Of a stretch of DNA of 64,000 nucleotides, positions 54,488 through 63,800 are shown piece by piece. The notes beneath the pieces were generated by a model. It was not told where the DNA came from. It ran no database searches and saw only the letters and a list, made by a program, of their open reading frames with translations. This DNA is from an uncultured archaeon. GTDB lineage: Archaea; Micrarchaeota; Micrarchaeia; Micrarchaeales; CABMGC01. The DNA lies in contig CAWBCT010000005.1 of assembly GCA_963787445.1 (NCBI GenBank), positions 32,001-96,000 on the forward strand, given 5' to 3'. Position numbers and translations under genes: made by a program. Numbering within the stretch: position 1 is the first letter of the stretch; each line of letters opens with the position of its first letter.

Positions 54488-54796
54488 CTATTTCATGCTA
54501 GGCAAAACGACTTTTTCGCCAAGTGCGGTAAAAGCTGCACGCAAATCAGCAAGAATTCGTGTGCGATCCGCCCTAGAAATTTTCTCGTCAGTATGAGGGG
54601 GCTTCCAGCACCACTTCCGTGGCGGAAGGATTTCATATCCGATTGGTGATTCGCCCTTATAAAGTCGTTCCCTTCCGAAAATCATTACCCTGTCTCCAAT
54701 CGAGTAATAAACTTCGTACCTCCCACTGATTCCTACCTCGACATCTACGGAGCGGGCTGAAGCACCGGGTGAGACAACTCGAAATTTCTTTGACAT
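54488..54796 (-). CDS. Hypothetical protein resembling Imm74-type immunity proteins
   Basis: YSIGDRVMIFGRE...WKPPHTDEKISRADRTRILADLRAAFTALG; resemblance by recall only. Confidence 0.5.
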   Translation of the reverse strand: MSKKFRVVSPGASARSVDVEVGISGRYEVYYSIGDRVMIFGRERLYKGESPIGYEILPPRKWCWKPPHTDEKISRADRTRILADLRAAFTALGEKVVLPSMK

Positions 54797-54963
54797 ACTA
54801 AAACCAAAATCCTTTTTTATGATTAAAAGTTCTAGGTAAAGATATAAAGGTTAATCGTCATTTTTAAGGACTTTATGTGCAAAGCCGTATTAATCTCGGT
54901 TCAATGGCAATAGGCATACAGACTATGGCATTTCAAAACAGGCTTACGTCGTCAAAGATGAAT

Positions 54964-54975
54964 TGGACTCTGCGG
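54964..54975 (-). repeat. att-like copy of the tRNA-Ala 3' end
   Basis: tggactctgcgg is identical to 55814-55825 (CCGCAGAGTCCA on the - strand). Confidence 0.7.
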
Positions 54976-55125
54976 ACATCCGACGGTGAGTCCGCCTTAC
55001 TTATCCTGTTCTTTACCATGATTGGGAGTGGATTATTTATATTTGCTAGCTTTTGATGTGAGAAACTTGTTTCTGGACAAAACAATTCTGTTGAATTATT
55101 GAGCATCCCAAACAACCACAAAGTA

Positions 55126-55149
55126 TTTATATGTTAATATATACATATA
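55126..55149 (+). promoter_or_regulatory. vapB TATA box overlapped by an inverted-repeat operator
   Basis: TTTATATG box; TATATGT-N8-ACATATA at 55128-55149. Confidence 0.6.
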
Positions 55150-55161
55150 CATCGTGATCGT

Positions 55162-55380
55162 ATGGCTAAACTTATAGCGGTTTCAGAAGAGGCCTATTTT
55201 AGACTCAGCAAGCTCAAGGGCGATGACAAGTCGTTTACGAAGGTAATAATGGAGTTGACAGAGGAGAAGAAAACGGACATAAGCGACCTGTTTGGCGCCA
55301 TAAGCCTGGATGCGAAAAAGCTGAAGGAGGTCAAGGAGACTATAAAGAAGGAGAGGGAGGGCATGTTTGCCAGGGGATGA
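55162..55380 (+). CDS. vapB: Archaeal VapB antitoxin (DUF217-like)
   Basis: KLIAVSEEAYFRLSKLK..DKSFTKVI; ATGA overlap with the PIN gene. Confidence 0.85.
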   Translation: MAKLIAVSEEAYFRLSKLKGDDKSFTKVIMELTEEKKTDISDLFGAISLDAKKLKEVKETIKKEREGMFARG

Positions 55381-55760
55381 GCATGAGCGTTTTTGACACC
55401 AATATAATGATAGACTACTTGAACGGCTCAAAAAAGGCCGCCGGCATCATAGGCAAGTATAGGGGCTCGGGAGCCATCGGGATAACTTCCATAACCGGCT
55501 ACGAGCTTGTGAAGGGTATAGGGGATGTGGACAGGAAGACGCTCTCCACGCTGTTTGAGAGGGTGAGAATCTACAATATGGATCTGTCGGTCGCGTGGGT
55601 GGCTGGAGAGCTGTATAAAAAGCTGAAAGCTGCCGGGTTGACGCTTAGCGAGGCAGACCTGCTCATAGTGTCCACGGCGCTCGCCAACGGAGAGACGTTC
55701 GTGACCCAAGACGGGGACTTCAGGAGACTGGGAGCGGAGAAGATAATAGTAGTCCAGTAG
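55377..55760 (+). CDS. vapC: PIN-domain toxin
   Basis: FDTNIMIDYL, ITGYEL, EADLLIVSTAL, VTQDGDF. Confidence 0.9.
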   Translation: MSMSVFDTNIMIDYLNGSKKAAGIIGKYRGSGAIGITSITGYELVKGIGDVDRKTLSTLFERVRIYNMDLSVAWVAGELYKKLKAAGLTLSEADLLIVSTALANGETFVTQDGDFRRLGAEKIIVVQ

Positions 55761-55813
55761 CCTGCTCTTTGCGGCGCGGAAGGGAGTCGCACGCTGGGTA
55801 CGATGTACTTAAG

Positions 55814-55885
55814 TGGACTCTGCGGGATTCGCACCCGCGGCCTTTCCGTTGCGAACGGAACGCTCTACTCCTGAGCTAAGAGCCC
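55814..55885 (-). tRNA. tRNA-Ala(CGC), intronless, CCA not encoded
   Basis: GGGCTCT TA GCTC AGGAGTA GAGC G TTCCG TTCGCAA CGGAA AGGCC GCGGG TGCGAAT CCCGC AGAGTCC A; G3:U70 Ala determinant. Confidence 0.93.
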
Positions 55886-55974
55886 ATGTCTCTTTATACT
55901 AGCTTCTTTTCCCTATAAATCCTTTGTGGAAGATGGATAATTCGCTTTATATTTGTTAGCATCATTATAGCTTT

Positions 55975-57354
55975 ATGAACTCTTCAGCAGAGAAGCGTGC
56001 GAAGCGGATCTTCGCGGAGATACTCCCGACCATCAAGCCAACGAAGAAGGAGACGGCGGAGATGACGGCGAAGGTAAACCTGCTCATGGCGCGCATGAAG
56101 AGGATAGTTCCAAAGAATGTTGAGCTTAGGGTTACCGGCTCGATCTCAAAGGGCACAAACCTGAAGGGAAACGCCGATATCGATCTCTTTATCCTATTCA
56201 GGAGCGGCACAACCAAAGAGAAGCTCATAGCTGACGGGCTGAAATACGCGAAGGGGCTGATAAAGGAGAAGGGCGACAAGTACGAGATAAAGTATGCGGA
56301 GCACCCTTATGTAAGAGTCTTCCTGAAGGGGCTTGGGCTCAGGGCAGACATAGTGCCAGCGCTCAGGATAGAGAACATAGAGGACCTCACTACAGCAGTG
56401 GACAGGACGCCGATGCACACCGCATTCATCAACGACAATCTTACTGAAAAGCAGCGCGATGATGTACGGCTTTTGAAACACCTGCTAAAGGCCCACTTAA
56501 TTTATGGTGCGGAGGCGAAGACGAGCGGCTTCTCGGGATACCTGTGCGAGCTGCTCATCTGCCAGTTCGGAAGCCTGTTCAAGCTGCTTGAAGCTGCAGG
56601 GGCATTCAAGAGCCCGCTGGTGATCAAACCAGGAGAGCATCACATCTCAAACGACAGGAAGACGGCGGAGAAGTTCAGCAGCAACTTTGTGGTCATCGAT
56701 CCGGTGGACCCGGAGAGGAACGTGGGGGCCGGGGTTTCACCCGATGTGATGGGCAACTTCGTCAGGCTCGCAAGAAGCTTCACGAAGAAGCCATCGATGG
56801 AGGCGTTTTACCCGCAGATCTTCAAGCCCGAGAAAGCGAAGGCGCGCATACAGAAGATAATGAGGAACTCAAGGCTTGAGACCTACCTGATAACCGTCCC
56901 GGTGCCGGACAAGAGCGAGGACGTGCTCTGGCCGCAGCTGAGGAAGAACGGGGAGATACTCGTGCAGTACCTGAAGCGGTTCGGGTTCGAGACCTACCTG
57001 CTGGTCCCGTGGATGGAGAAGAACGAGGGCTGCCTGCTTCTGCTTGCGCCTCTGCAGTACCTGGGCACGAGGATGTTCAAGGGCCCCTCCGTCTTCCACA
57101 AGGCGGCGGTGGAGGGCTTCGTGAAGGGCCACAAGGATGCGCTCGGCTTCACCTTTGTTGAGGACAGCATCTACGCGCTGGACAGGAACAAGTACGCGGA
57201 CGTGAAGGCGGCGATAGTGGGTGCGGTGAAGGAGAACGTGATGGAGCGCAACAAGGACGTGAGCATGAAGAAGGCGGAGCTGTTCATCAACCAGATCCCG
57301 CCCAGATATGCGGACTCGGCGTACCTGGAGCTGAGCATGAAGCTGCGCGACTAG
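55975..57354 (+). CDS. cca: Archaeal class I CCA-adding enzyme
   Basis: GSISKGTNL...DIDLF, YAEHPYV, AVDRTPMH, GFSGYLCEL, IDPVDPERNV. Confidence 0.93.
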   Translation: MNSSAEKRAKRIFAEILPTIKPTKKETAEMTAKVNLLMARMKRIVPKNVELRVTGSISKGTNLKGNADIDLFILFRSGTTKEKLIADGLKYAKGLIKEKGDKYEIKYAEHPYVRVFLKGLGLRADIVPALRIENIEDLTTAVDRTPMHTAFINDNLTEKQRDDVRLLKHLLKAHLIYGAEAKTSGFSGYLCELLICQFGSLFKLLEAAGAFKSPLVIKPGEHHISNDRKTAEKFSSNFVVIDPVDPERNVGAGVSPDVMGNFVRLARSFTKKPSMEAFYPQIFKPEKAKARIQKIMRNSRLETYLITVPVPDKSEDVLWPQLRKNGEILVQYLKRFGFETYLLVPWMEKNEGCLLLLAPLQYLGTRMFKGPSVFHKAAVEGFVKGHKDALGFTFVEDSIYALDRNKYADVKAAIVGAVKENVMERNKDVSMKKAELFINQIPPRYADSAYLELSMKLRD

Positions 57355-57362
57355 GTATTTGC

Positions 57363-59093
57363 ATGTCCTACAACAAGCGCGTTGAGGAGCTCTTCAACGA
57401 GATAGCGGACATAATAGAGATAGAGGACGACAAGCGGATCTTCGAGATACGCGCCTACCGGAAGGCGGCGGTCAACATCGGGGAGCTGCAGGAGGACGTG
57501 GCAGAGATAATCAAGAAGAAGGGGATGGAGGGGCTCAAGGAGATCCCGGGAATAGGGGAGGGATTGGCCAAGAAGATAGAGGAGCTGGTCAGGACCGGCA
57601 GGATGAAGAAGTATGATGAACTGAAGAAGAAGTACCCCATAGACTTCACCAACCTCACCAGGATACAGAGCCTTGGTTCAAGAAAGGCGTTCAAGCTTTA
57701 CAAGGCGCTCAGGATCCGCAACGTGGAGGACCTGAAGAAGGCGGTGGAGGCGCACAAGATCCGCGACCTGGAGGGATTCGGAGAGGACAGCGAGGCGAAG
57801 CTCGCGAAGGGGCTGGAGCAGTTAGCCTCGACCAAGGGCAGGATACTTCTAGGGAAGGCACTGCCAGAGGCAGAATCCATAGTAAGAAAGCTGATCACCT
57901 CGAAACTGGTAGACAAGGTGGAGATAGCCGGTTCAATCAGGAGGATGAGGGAGACCGTGGGCGACATCGACATACTCGCGACTTCGAGCAAGCCGGAGAA
58001 GGTGATGGACGCGTTCTCAAAGCTCGACGAGGTGGAGAGCGTGATCGGGAAGGGGCCGACCAAGAGCACCGTGATGCTCAAGATAGGGATAACCTGCGAC
58101 CTCAGGGTGGTGGAGAGGAAGAGCTTCGGGGCGGCGATGCAGTATTTCATAGGAGGGAAGGACCACAACGTGAAGGTGCGCCAGATAGCGATAAAGAAGG
58201 GCTACAAGCTCAACGAGTACGGGCTGTTCGACCGGAAGGACAGGATAGTTGAGAGCCTGGACGAGTCCGAGATCTACAAGGCCCTGGGAATGGAGTGGCC
58301 CGAGCCGGAGATGAGGGAGAATCGGGGAGAGGTGGAGCTCGCGCTCAGCCACAAGCTGCCGAAGCTGGTCCAGCTGAAGGGGATGAAGGGAGATTTGCAC
58401 ACCCACACCACCAACAGCGACGGAGGAAACACGGTGGAGGAGATGGCGAGGAAGGCGATGGAGCTGGGCTACGAGTACATCGGGATAACGGATCACTCGA
58501 AGAGCGAGTACATCGCGCACGGGATGGACGAGAAGCGATTCCTGAAATACAGCAAGGAGATAGACGCTGCAAACAAGAAGCTGGGCGACAAGATAAGGAT
58601 TCTCAAAAGCGCTGAAACAGATATCTTGAAAGACGGAACACTTGACTTCAGCAAGGAAGCGCTGAAGGAGATGGACTACGTGCTTGCAAGCATCCACACA
58701 AGCCTCACCATGAGCAGGGAGGAGATGACGAAGAGGGTAGTGAAGGCCATGGAGAGCGGGCAGGTGGACATCTTCGGCCACCCGACCGACAGGCTGATTC
58801 AGCAGAGGGACCCGATAAACATGGACCTGGACAGGGTCTTCCAGGCAGCGAAGGACAATGGGGTTGTGATGGAGGTCGACGGATTTCCAGAGAGGCTTGA
58901 CCTGAACGATGAGAACATCTTCAAGGCAAGAGAATATGGATTAAGCTTCGCAATTGACACGGATGCACACAGAACAGGTCACATGGAGCTCATGCGCTAC
59001 GGGATAGGAATGGCGAAGCGTGGATGGCTAAGGAAGGAGGACGTCATAAACACTCAAAGCATTGATAAACTTTTAAAGTTCTTCAGCAAATAA
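57363..59093 (+). CDS. polX: DNA polymerase/3'-5' exonuclease PolX with PHP domain
   Basis: GSIRRMRETVGDIDIL, KLNEYGLF, GDLHTHT, TDHS, GHPT, DTDAH. Confidence 0.93.
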   Translation: MSYNKRVEELFNEIADIIEIEDDKRIFEIRAYRKAAVNIGELQEDVAEIIKKKGMEGLKEIPGIGEGLAKKIEELVRTGRMKKYDELKKKYPIDFTNLTRIQSLGSRKAFKLYKALRIRNVEDLKKAVEAHKIRDLEGFGEDSEAKLAKGLEQLASTKGRILLGKALPEAESIVRKLITSKLVDKVEIAGSIRRMRETVGDIDILATSSKPEKVMDAFSKLDEVESVIGKGPTKSTVMLKIGITCDLRVVERKSFGAAMQYFIGGKDHNVKVRQIAIKKGYKLNEYGLFDRKDRIVESLDESEIYKALGMEWPEPEMRENRGEVELALSHKLPKLVQLKGMKGDLHTHTTNSDGGNTVEEMARKAMELGYEYIGITDHSKSEYIAHGMDEKRFLKYSKEIDAANKKLGDKIRILKSAETDILKDGTLDFSKEALKEMDYVLASIHTSLTMSREEMTKRVVKAMESGQVDIFGHPTDRLIQQRDPINMDLDRVFQAAKDNGVVMEVDGFPERLDLNDENIFKAREYGLSFAIDTDAHRTGHMELMRYGIGMAKRGWLRKEDVINTQSIDKLLKFFSK

Positions 59094-59101
59094 GCAACCA
59101 G

Positions 59102-59749
59102 TTACAGCTCATCCGGTGAAAAGGCGACTCCTGCAGCGCTAACAAGTTCCGGATATAGACGCTTGGACGTTATCACTGCGGCATCCTTCCAGGAAAGCCC
59201 GTAGGACCTGAGCCTTATCGCAGCCTGCCCCTCCAGATCCTCCCCATCATGGATGTGCGTTTCCAGGCTCAGCCTGCCATGGGAGAACCTGTCCACGTTT
59301 GAAACTGCCAGGCAGTTCGGGCATAGAGCCTCGGCCGCGCCCGCAACCGTTGAGCCTTCCATGGTAGCGATGAACACGTGCAGTCTTGGCACCCGCTCCC
59401 TGAGCTCAGCCACCTTTGGGTCCTGGTTGCGTCTGACGTAGGCCAGGGCAAACTCCCAAAAGGTCTCCTGGTCAAAAGAGTCCTGGTTTAGCAGCCCGTA
59501 GACCTCCTTAGTCAGTTCGGGGCTAGGCCGCCTCATTTTAAGGAGCCCGACGGAAAAGAGATGCCCAAGACGCTCCGACTTTTTGGGAGGATTCTCGTTA
59601 AACTGCCTTCTGCGAAGCTCCACGAAGAGATCCGCAGCGAAGTTGCCTGGCCAAAACCCCCTGTCACCGGTAATCACAAGCGCTTGCTTTGACTTTACCT
59701 GCTGCAGGACTGCCCCGTTGATTGCCATCGAAAGTATGCTATAGTTCAT
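59102..59749 (-). CDS. Hypothetical protein (possibly degenerate HAD-like fold)
   Basis: 215-aa ORF with upstream TATA; no intact catalytic motif recognised. Confidence 0.55.
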   Translation of the reverse strand: MNYSILSMAINGAVLQQVKSKQALVITGDRGFWPGNFAADLFVELRRRQFNENPPKKSERLGHLFSVGLLKMRRPSPELTKEVYGLLNQDSFDQETFWEFALAYVRRNQDPKVAELRERVPRLHVFIATMEGSTVAGAAEALCPNCLAVSNVDRFSHGRLSLETHIHDGEDLEGQAAIRLRSYGLSWKDAAVITSKRLYPELVSAAGVAFSPDEL

Positions 59750-59825
59750 GATATAAATAACTTCTTAATCGGAAAATGTTGATTTATATATCAAAACAAA
59801 CCAAGGCATTTTAAGTGACTGGAAT

Positions 59826-60437
59826 ATGGACAATACAATTCGTGAAGGGTTCAGCTTTTCGCTGTACAGGGCCCTACGGGGGCCGGTAAGATCCTCAAGA
59901 GTAGTGGCCTGGATTGTTTTGCAGTCCAAGTACCTGGCCAGCCTTACAAACGATCCCGCGGTATCCAGCAGACCGGGAACGACTCTGGCCCACATAGCGA
60001 TTGGATACCACTCGGAGCTCGCGGACACGGTTTTCAAAAGCGAGTACCTATCAAACCTGAGGGATGAGAACGGCTGGAGCACGGTTCACACGGGAGCGCG
60101 CGCCTCAGGATCTGCGGCGACGAAGGCCATAGGGAACGAGAAGTTGAGGATGAAGATGGACCAACAGGGCTCGATAGTTCTGGGAGTGGGGCTCGAGAAC
60201 CATCTCGACGTGGCTGCGGCGGTGGCCGGGGACAGAAAGCTGCAGCCGCTCCTGGAGCTGAGAGATGGGAAGGGCACCAAAATGTTTGACCTAGTCTGCC
60301 GCGCGCACCTGAGCCATGAGGGATGCGTCGCGGTGTCGGAAGGTCGTGAACCGGTCGCAGTTCTCGGAAACATCCTGCGCAACAGGACTGTACTGGCTTC
60401 AGGTCTCAGAAAGATGCCGCACCGGGTTCTAGCCTAG
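59826..60437 (+). CDS. Hypothetical protein with degenerate ankyrin-like units
   Basis: GTTLAHIA, DENGWSTVH, DQQGSIVL, DGKGTKMF recur at roughly 25-30 aa spacing. Confidence 0.5.
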   Translation: MDNTIREGFSFSLYRALRGPVRSSRVVAWIVLQSKYLASLTNDPAVSSRPGTTLAHIAIGYHSELADTVFKSEYLSNLRDENGWSTVHTGARASGSAATKAIGNEKLRMKMDQQGSIVLGVGLENHLDVAAAVAGDRKLQPLLELRDGKGTKMFDLVCRAHLSHEGCVAVSEGREPVAVLGNILRNRTVLASGLRKMPHRVLA

Positions 60438-61004
60438 GCTTCCAAGGATCTCTTCGGTGCTTCTTACGCGGCCCATCCGCTTGAACGTTATCTCAAGGCT
60501 TATCCTGTGCGCCTCCTCGGACGGCCCGGCCATGGCATCCTCAGCAAAGATCTGCTGAAAGCCGTACTCATAGGCGAAACGGGCGGTGCTCTCGACTCCA
60601 TGGTTCGTGGAGATCCCGCAGAGCACGATCGTGTCCATCCCTCGTCTCCTTAACTGCAGTTCTAGGTCAGTGCCGTAGAAGGCGCCCCACTGCTTCTTTG
60701 TTATGATTATGTCGCTTTCCGCTTTTGCCAGCTCCGGAACAAAATCAGAGAAGTCCGCGCCCATCATGCCCGGGCGTGGAGTCCAGGAAGCGTCTGCCAG
60801 GACCTGAATCCTCTCCTTATCAGAAGAGACAACGTGCACCAGCATAACGGGCATCCCGTTCTTCCTGAAGGCGCCGGCAAGCTTTGCGGCATTGTCAATC
60901 ACCGTCTTTGAGGAGTGGGGCTTGGTCTCCATCATCGCTATCCCTTTTTGCAGGTCTATAACTACGAGTGCTGTTTTTTGCTTGTTTATCGCCAGGTCAT
61001 CCAT
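60429..61004 (-). CDS. Isochorismatase-family hydrolase (YecD-like)
   Basis: TALVVIDLQKGI, TKKQWGAFYGTDL, GISTNHGVESTAR. Confidence 0.88.
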   Translation of the reverse strand: MDDLAINKQKTALVVIDLQKGIAMMETKPHSSKTVIDNAAKLAGAFRKNGMPVMLVHVVSSDKERIQVLADASWTPRPGMMGADFSDFVPELAKAESDIIITKKQWGAFYGTDLELQLRRRGMDTIVLCGISTNHGVESTARFAYEYGFQQIFAEDAMAGPSEEAHRISLEITFKRMGRVRSTEEILGSLG

Positions 61005-61079
61005 GATTTCACCGTTAAGCTTTAGCGGCACAAAAATATATTAATTGCAATAGAGGATACCTTACACCAAAGTGAGAGG

Positions 61080-61625
61080 ATGCCAAGGTCAGAAGAAAAG
61101 CTCGTTTACAAAGGTCCCCTGTTCAAGGTCTACCAATGGAGGCAGAGGATGTTCGACGGCTCCTACGAGATCTTTGAGAGGATAGAGAGGCCCTCTTTGG
61201 CAGAGGTTGTCGCAATAGTTGACGGCAAGATCGCAATCGGGTTCCAGAGGCAGCCAACCCACAGGTTCACCAGTGTATTCGGAGGGAGGATGGAAAAGGG
61301 AGAAAAACCACTTGATGCGGCAAAGAGGGAGTTGCTTGAAGAGTCGGGCCTGGTGGCCAAGAGGTGGAAACTTCTCAGGAAGTACAGATTTGGAGGGAAA
61401 GTGCATTATTCCAGCTACCTCTATGCCGCAATAGGCTGCAAGAAGATTGCGGAACAGAACCTCGATGCCGGCGAGATGATAAGGGTCGGCCATGTCACTT
61501 TTGGCAGATTCCTCAAAATGGTTAGAAATATGAGGGTAATGACGGACACCAAGCTGTACTTCATGGAGATAGGCTACGAACCGAAGAAGAGGAAGAAGCT
61601 TGAAAAGGAGCTAGGTATAAAGTAA
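61080..61625 (+). CDS. NUDIX hydrolase
   Basis: GGRMEKGEKPLDAAKRELLEESGL Nudix box. Confidence 0.9.
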   Translation: MPRSEEKLVYKGPLFKVYQWRQRMFDGSYEIFERIERPSLAEVVAIVDGKIAIGFQRQPTHRFTSVFGGRMEKGEKPLDAAKRELLEESGLVAKRWKLLRKYRFGGKVHYSSYLYAAIGCKKIAEQNLDAGEMIRVGHVTFGRFLKMVRNMRVMTDTKLYFMEIGYEPKKRKKLEKELGIK

Positions 61626-61634
61626 TGTGATAGC

Positions 61635-62603
61635 ATGGAGGCAGTGATAATAACGCACGCGGCGGACCTGGACGGGATCTCCAGCGCAGCGCTGCTCATG
61701 AGGCAGTACAACATAGGCATCGAGAACGTGGTGTTCACTCATTACCAAAGAGAGAGCATCGAGATGGCGGTGAGGGAGGCTGACGAGCTGTTCAAGGAGG
61801 GGGGAACCCTTTTCATAACAGACCTTAACCCAGGAAAGGCGGTCGTTGACCTATTCTCAGAGGTTATTGACAACGTCAAGGCGAAGAACGGGAAGGTCTT
61901 CTGGTTCGATCATCACCCCTGGGATGCTGATGCGATAAGGTCGCTGGGAGGCAGATGCGATGTCGCCGTGGTCGGGGAGAACAAGGACTTCTGCGCCGCG
62001 GAGATAACTGCCAGGGAGATACGTGCGACCGGGGCTTTTGTAAAGCCGCTTCTGAGGGTTGTCCATCACTCGGATTTCAACATAACTCCAAAGGATAAAA
62101 AGACTTACAACATAATCGGCGATTATGTACTCAGCATGACCTACTTCAGCTCGCTTGATTGGGATTCTACGCTTCAAAAGCTCAGAGAGATGACCAAGGC
62201 CCTAAGCAACGAGATAATGATCCCGGAGTTCGTCCATGATGCCGCAGTAGAATTCACGAAGATCAATGACAAGAGGCTGAATGAGATGGAGAAGACTGTG
62301 ATCAACGGCGGTGTTGTCGCAGTAGGATTCAGCCCGTTCGTCGGAACCAGCGAGGCGTGCAGGCGGGTCAGCAAGGTTGCCGGGACAGACATCGGAGTTT
62401 ACATAAATGTCGATGAGTGCAGGGGGCACCTCAGAAGCGAGGAGAGCGATTGCTCGAAGCTCGCCCAGGCATTCGGCGGCGGAGGGCATCCCCATGCATC
62501 GGGTTTTGAGTTTGATTCAGAGAGATATAACCTCAAGACCCAGAGCGGGCGGGGCAAGCTTGCCCAGGATATAATACAAAAGGCGCTCGAGCTATACAAG
62601 TAG
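61635..62603 (+). CDS. DHH/DHHA1 phosphoesterase
   Basis: THAADLDG, ITDL, FDHH, FGGGGHPHASG. Confidence 0.88.
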   Translation: MEAVIITHAADLDGISSAALLMRQYNIGIENVVFTHYQRESIEMAVREADELFKEGGTLFITDLNPGKAVVDLFSEVIDNVKAKNGKVFWFDHHPWDADAIRSLGGRCDVAVVGENKDFCAAEITAREIRATGAFVKPLLRVVHHSDFNITPKDKKTYNIIGDYVLSMTYFSSLDWDSTLQKLREMTKALSNEIMIPEFVHDAAVEFTKINDKRLNEMEKTVINGGVVAVGFSPFVGTSEACRRVSKVAGTDIGVYINVDECRGHLRSEESDCSKLAQAFGGGGHPHASGFEFDSERYNLKTQSGRGKLAQDIIQKALELYK

Positions 62604-63800
62604 CCCGAAGCCGCCCAGCTTCCAGCGCTGGCTGAAGTTCCTAAGAATAGAGATCTTTGTGGACTTGTCTATGCAGGCAGGCCTGTTCAACTTTATCTCC
62701 AGCCTGTTCTTCTTCACATTTGTGAGCAAGCCCACAAAGGTTCCTGTGCCGATGCCCAGAAGCACCTGCTCTGCCTGACGGAGCGCCTGCTTCGGGATGT
62801 CACTCCTGTTGAGTGAAGTGTAATTTATCGTTATCACGTCCGTGGACTCGGGAAGATGTCCGGCCTTACCCACTACCTGTCCAACAAGCCCGTCTGCCTT
62901 TGAGAAACCGGGATCTACTTCTGCCCCTACCGCAATCAAGCCGCCGGCTATGGCGCTGTCGAGCTTCTGATCACCAGCAGAGAGGCTGTCAATCTTCGTT
63001 ATGAGCGGTTCGTAGACTTCTCTCTTCGACTTGTCCCCTGAAAAGTTTACGCCCGGCCTTATTTCGATCTCGTCCCCGATCTTGAATGTTCCGCGGATTA
63101 TTGAGCCGCCTATTACCCCGCCGACCAGCTCCTTGATGGTTGTGCCTGGCCTGTTGACGTCGAATGACCTTGCAACGTACATAAATGGGTCTGCGGTCGT
63201 GTTGCGCTCTGGTATCTTAATTGACGCAATCTCAGAAAGAAGCGCATCGATGTTGATGTTCTTGTTCGCCATCAGAGGCACAACCGGCGAGTGCTCTACA
63301 ACAGTGCCCTTCACGAATGCTTTTATCTGGTCGTAGTGCTTCTTCGCCTGTTCCTTACCGACTATGTCGACCTTTGTCTGTGCGATTATCACGTTCTTGA
63401 TGCCAAGAGCGTTGATTATCATCAGGTGCTCGCGGGTCTGCTGCATCGGGCACGGTTCTGCTGCAGATATCACGAACATCGCGCAGTCAATTATGCTTGA
63501 GCTTGCGATTGCGGTTGCCATGAGGGTCTCGTGGCCAGGCGCATCAAGAAGTGAGATCTTGCGGAAAGGCGTAGGGACAGAGCCGTCTGCGCACTTCTCT
63601 CCAACAGTAAAAGGAAACACTCCGCCACCGCCGCACTTGTTTATCAGCGCATCAGCGTAGCCGAGCTTAATCGTCATGCTCCTCTTTACGCTCTCGCTGT
63701 GAACATCGGTCCAGGTGTGAGTAAGCGCAGAGACGAGCGTAGTCTTGCCGTGGTCCACGTGGCCAAGGGTACCGATGTTAAGCTCGCTTTGTTTTATCAT
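62592..63800 (-). CDS. eif2g: Archaeal translation initiation factor 2 gamma subunit
   Basis: NIGTLGHVDHGKTT, TIKLGYAD, DAPGHE, QTREHL, ARSFDVNRPG, GGVIGGS; GGAGTGA SD. Confidence 0.96.
   Translation of the reverse strand: MIKQSELNIGTLGHVDHGKTTLVSALTHTWTDVHSESVKRSMTIKLGYADALINKCGGGGVFPFTVGEKCADGSVPTPFRKISLLDAPGHETLMATAIASSSIIDCAMFVISAAEPCPMQQTREHLMIINALGIKNVIIAQTKVDIVGKEQAKKHYDQIKAFVKGTVVEHSPVVPLMANKNINIDALLSEIASIKIPERNTTADPFMYVARSFDVNRPGTTIKELVGGVIGGSIIRGTFKIGDEIEIRPGVNFSGDKSKREVYEPLITKIDSLSAGDQKLDSAIAGGLIAVGAEVDPGFSKADGLVGQVVGKAGHLPESTDVITINYTSLNRSDIPKQALRQAEQVLLGIGTGTFVGLLTNVKKNRLEIKLNRPACIDKSTKISILRNFSQRWKLGGFGLLV

Noticed and set aside
54933-55121. 62-aa ORF spanning the att-like repeat as an SSV-type integrase fragment
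   Set aside because: No integrase motif recognisable; AT-rich, with a weak start.
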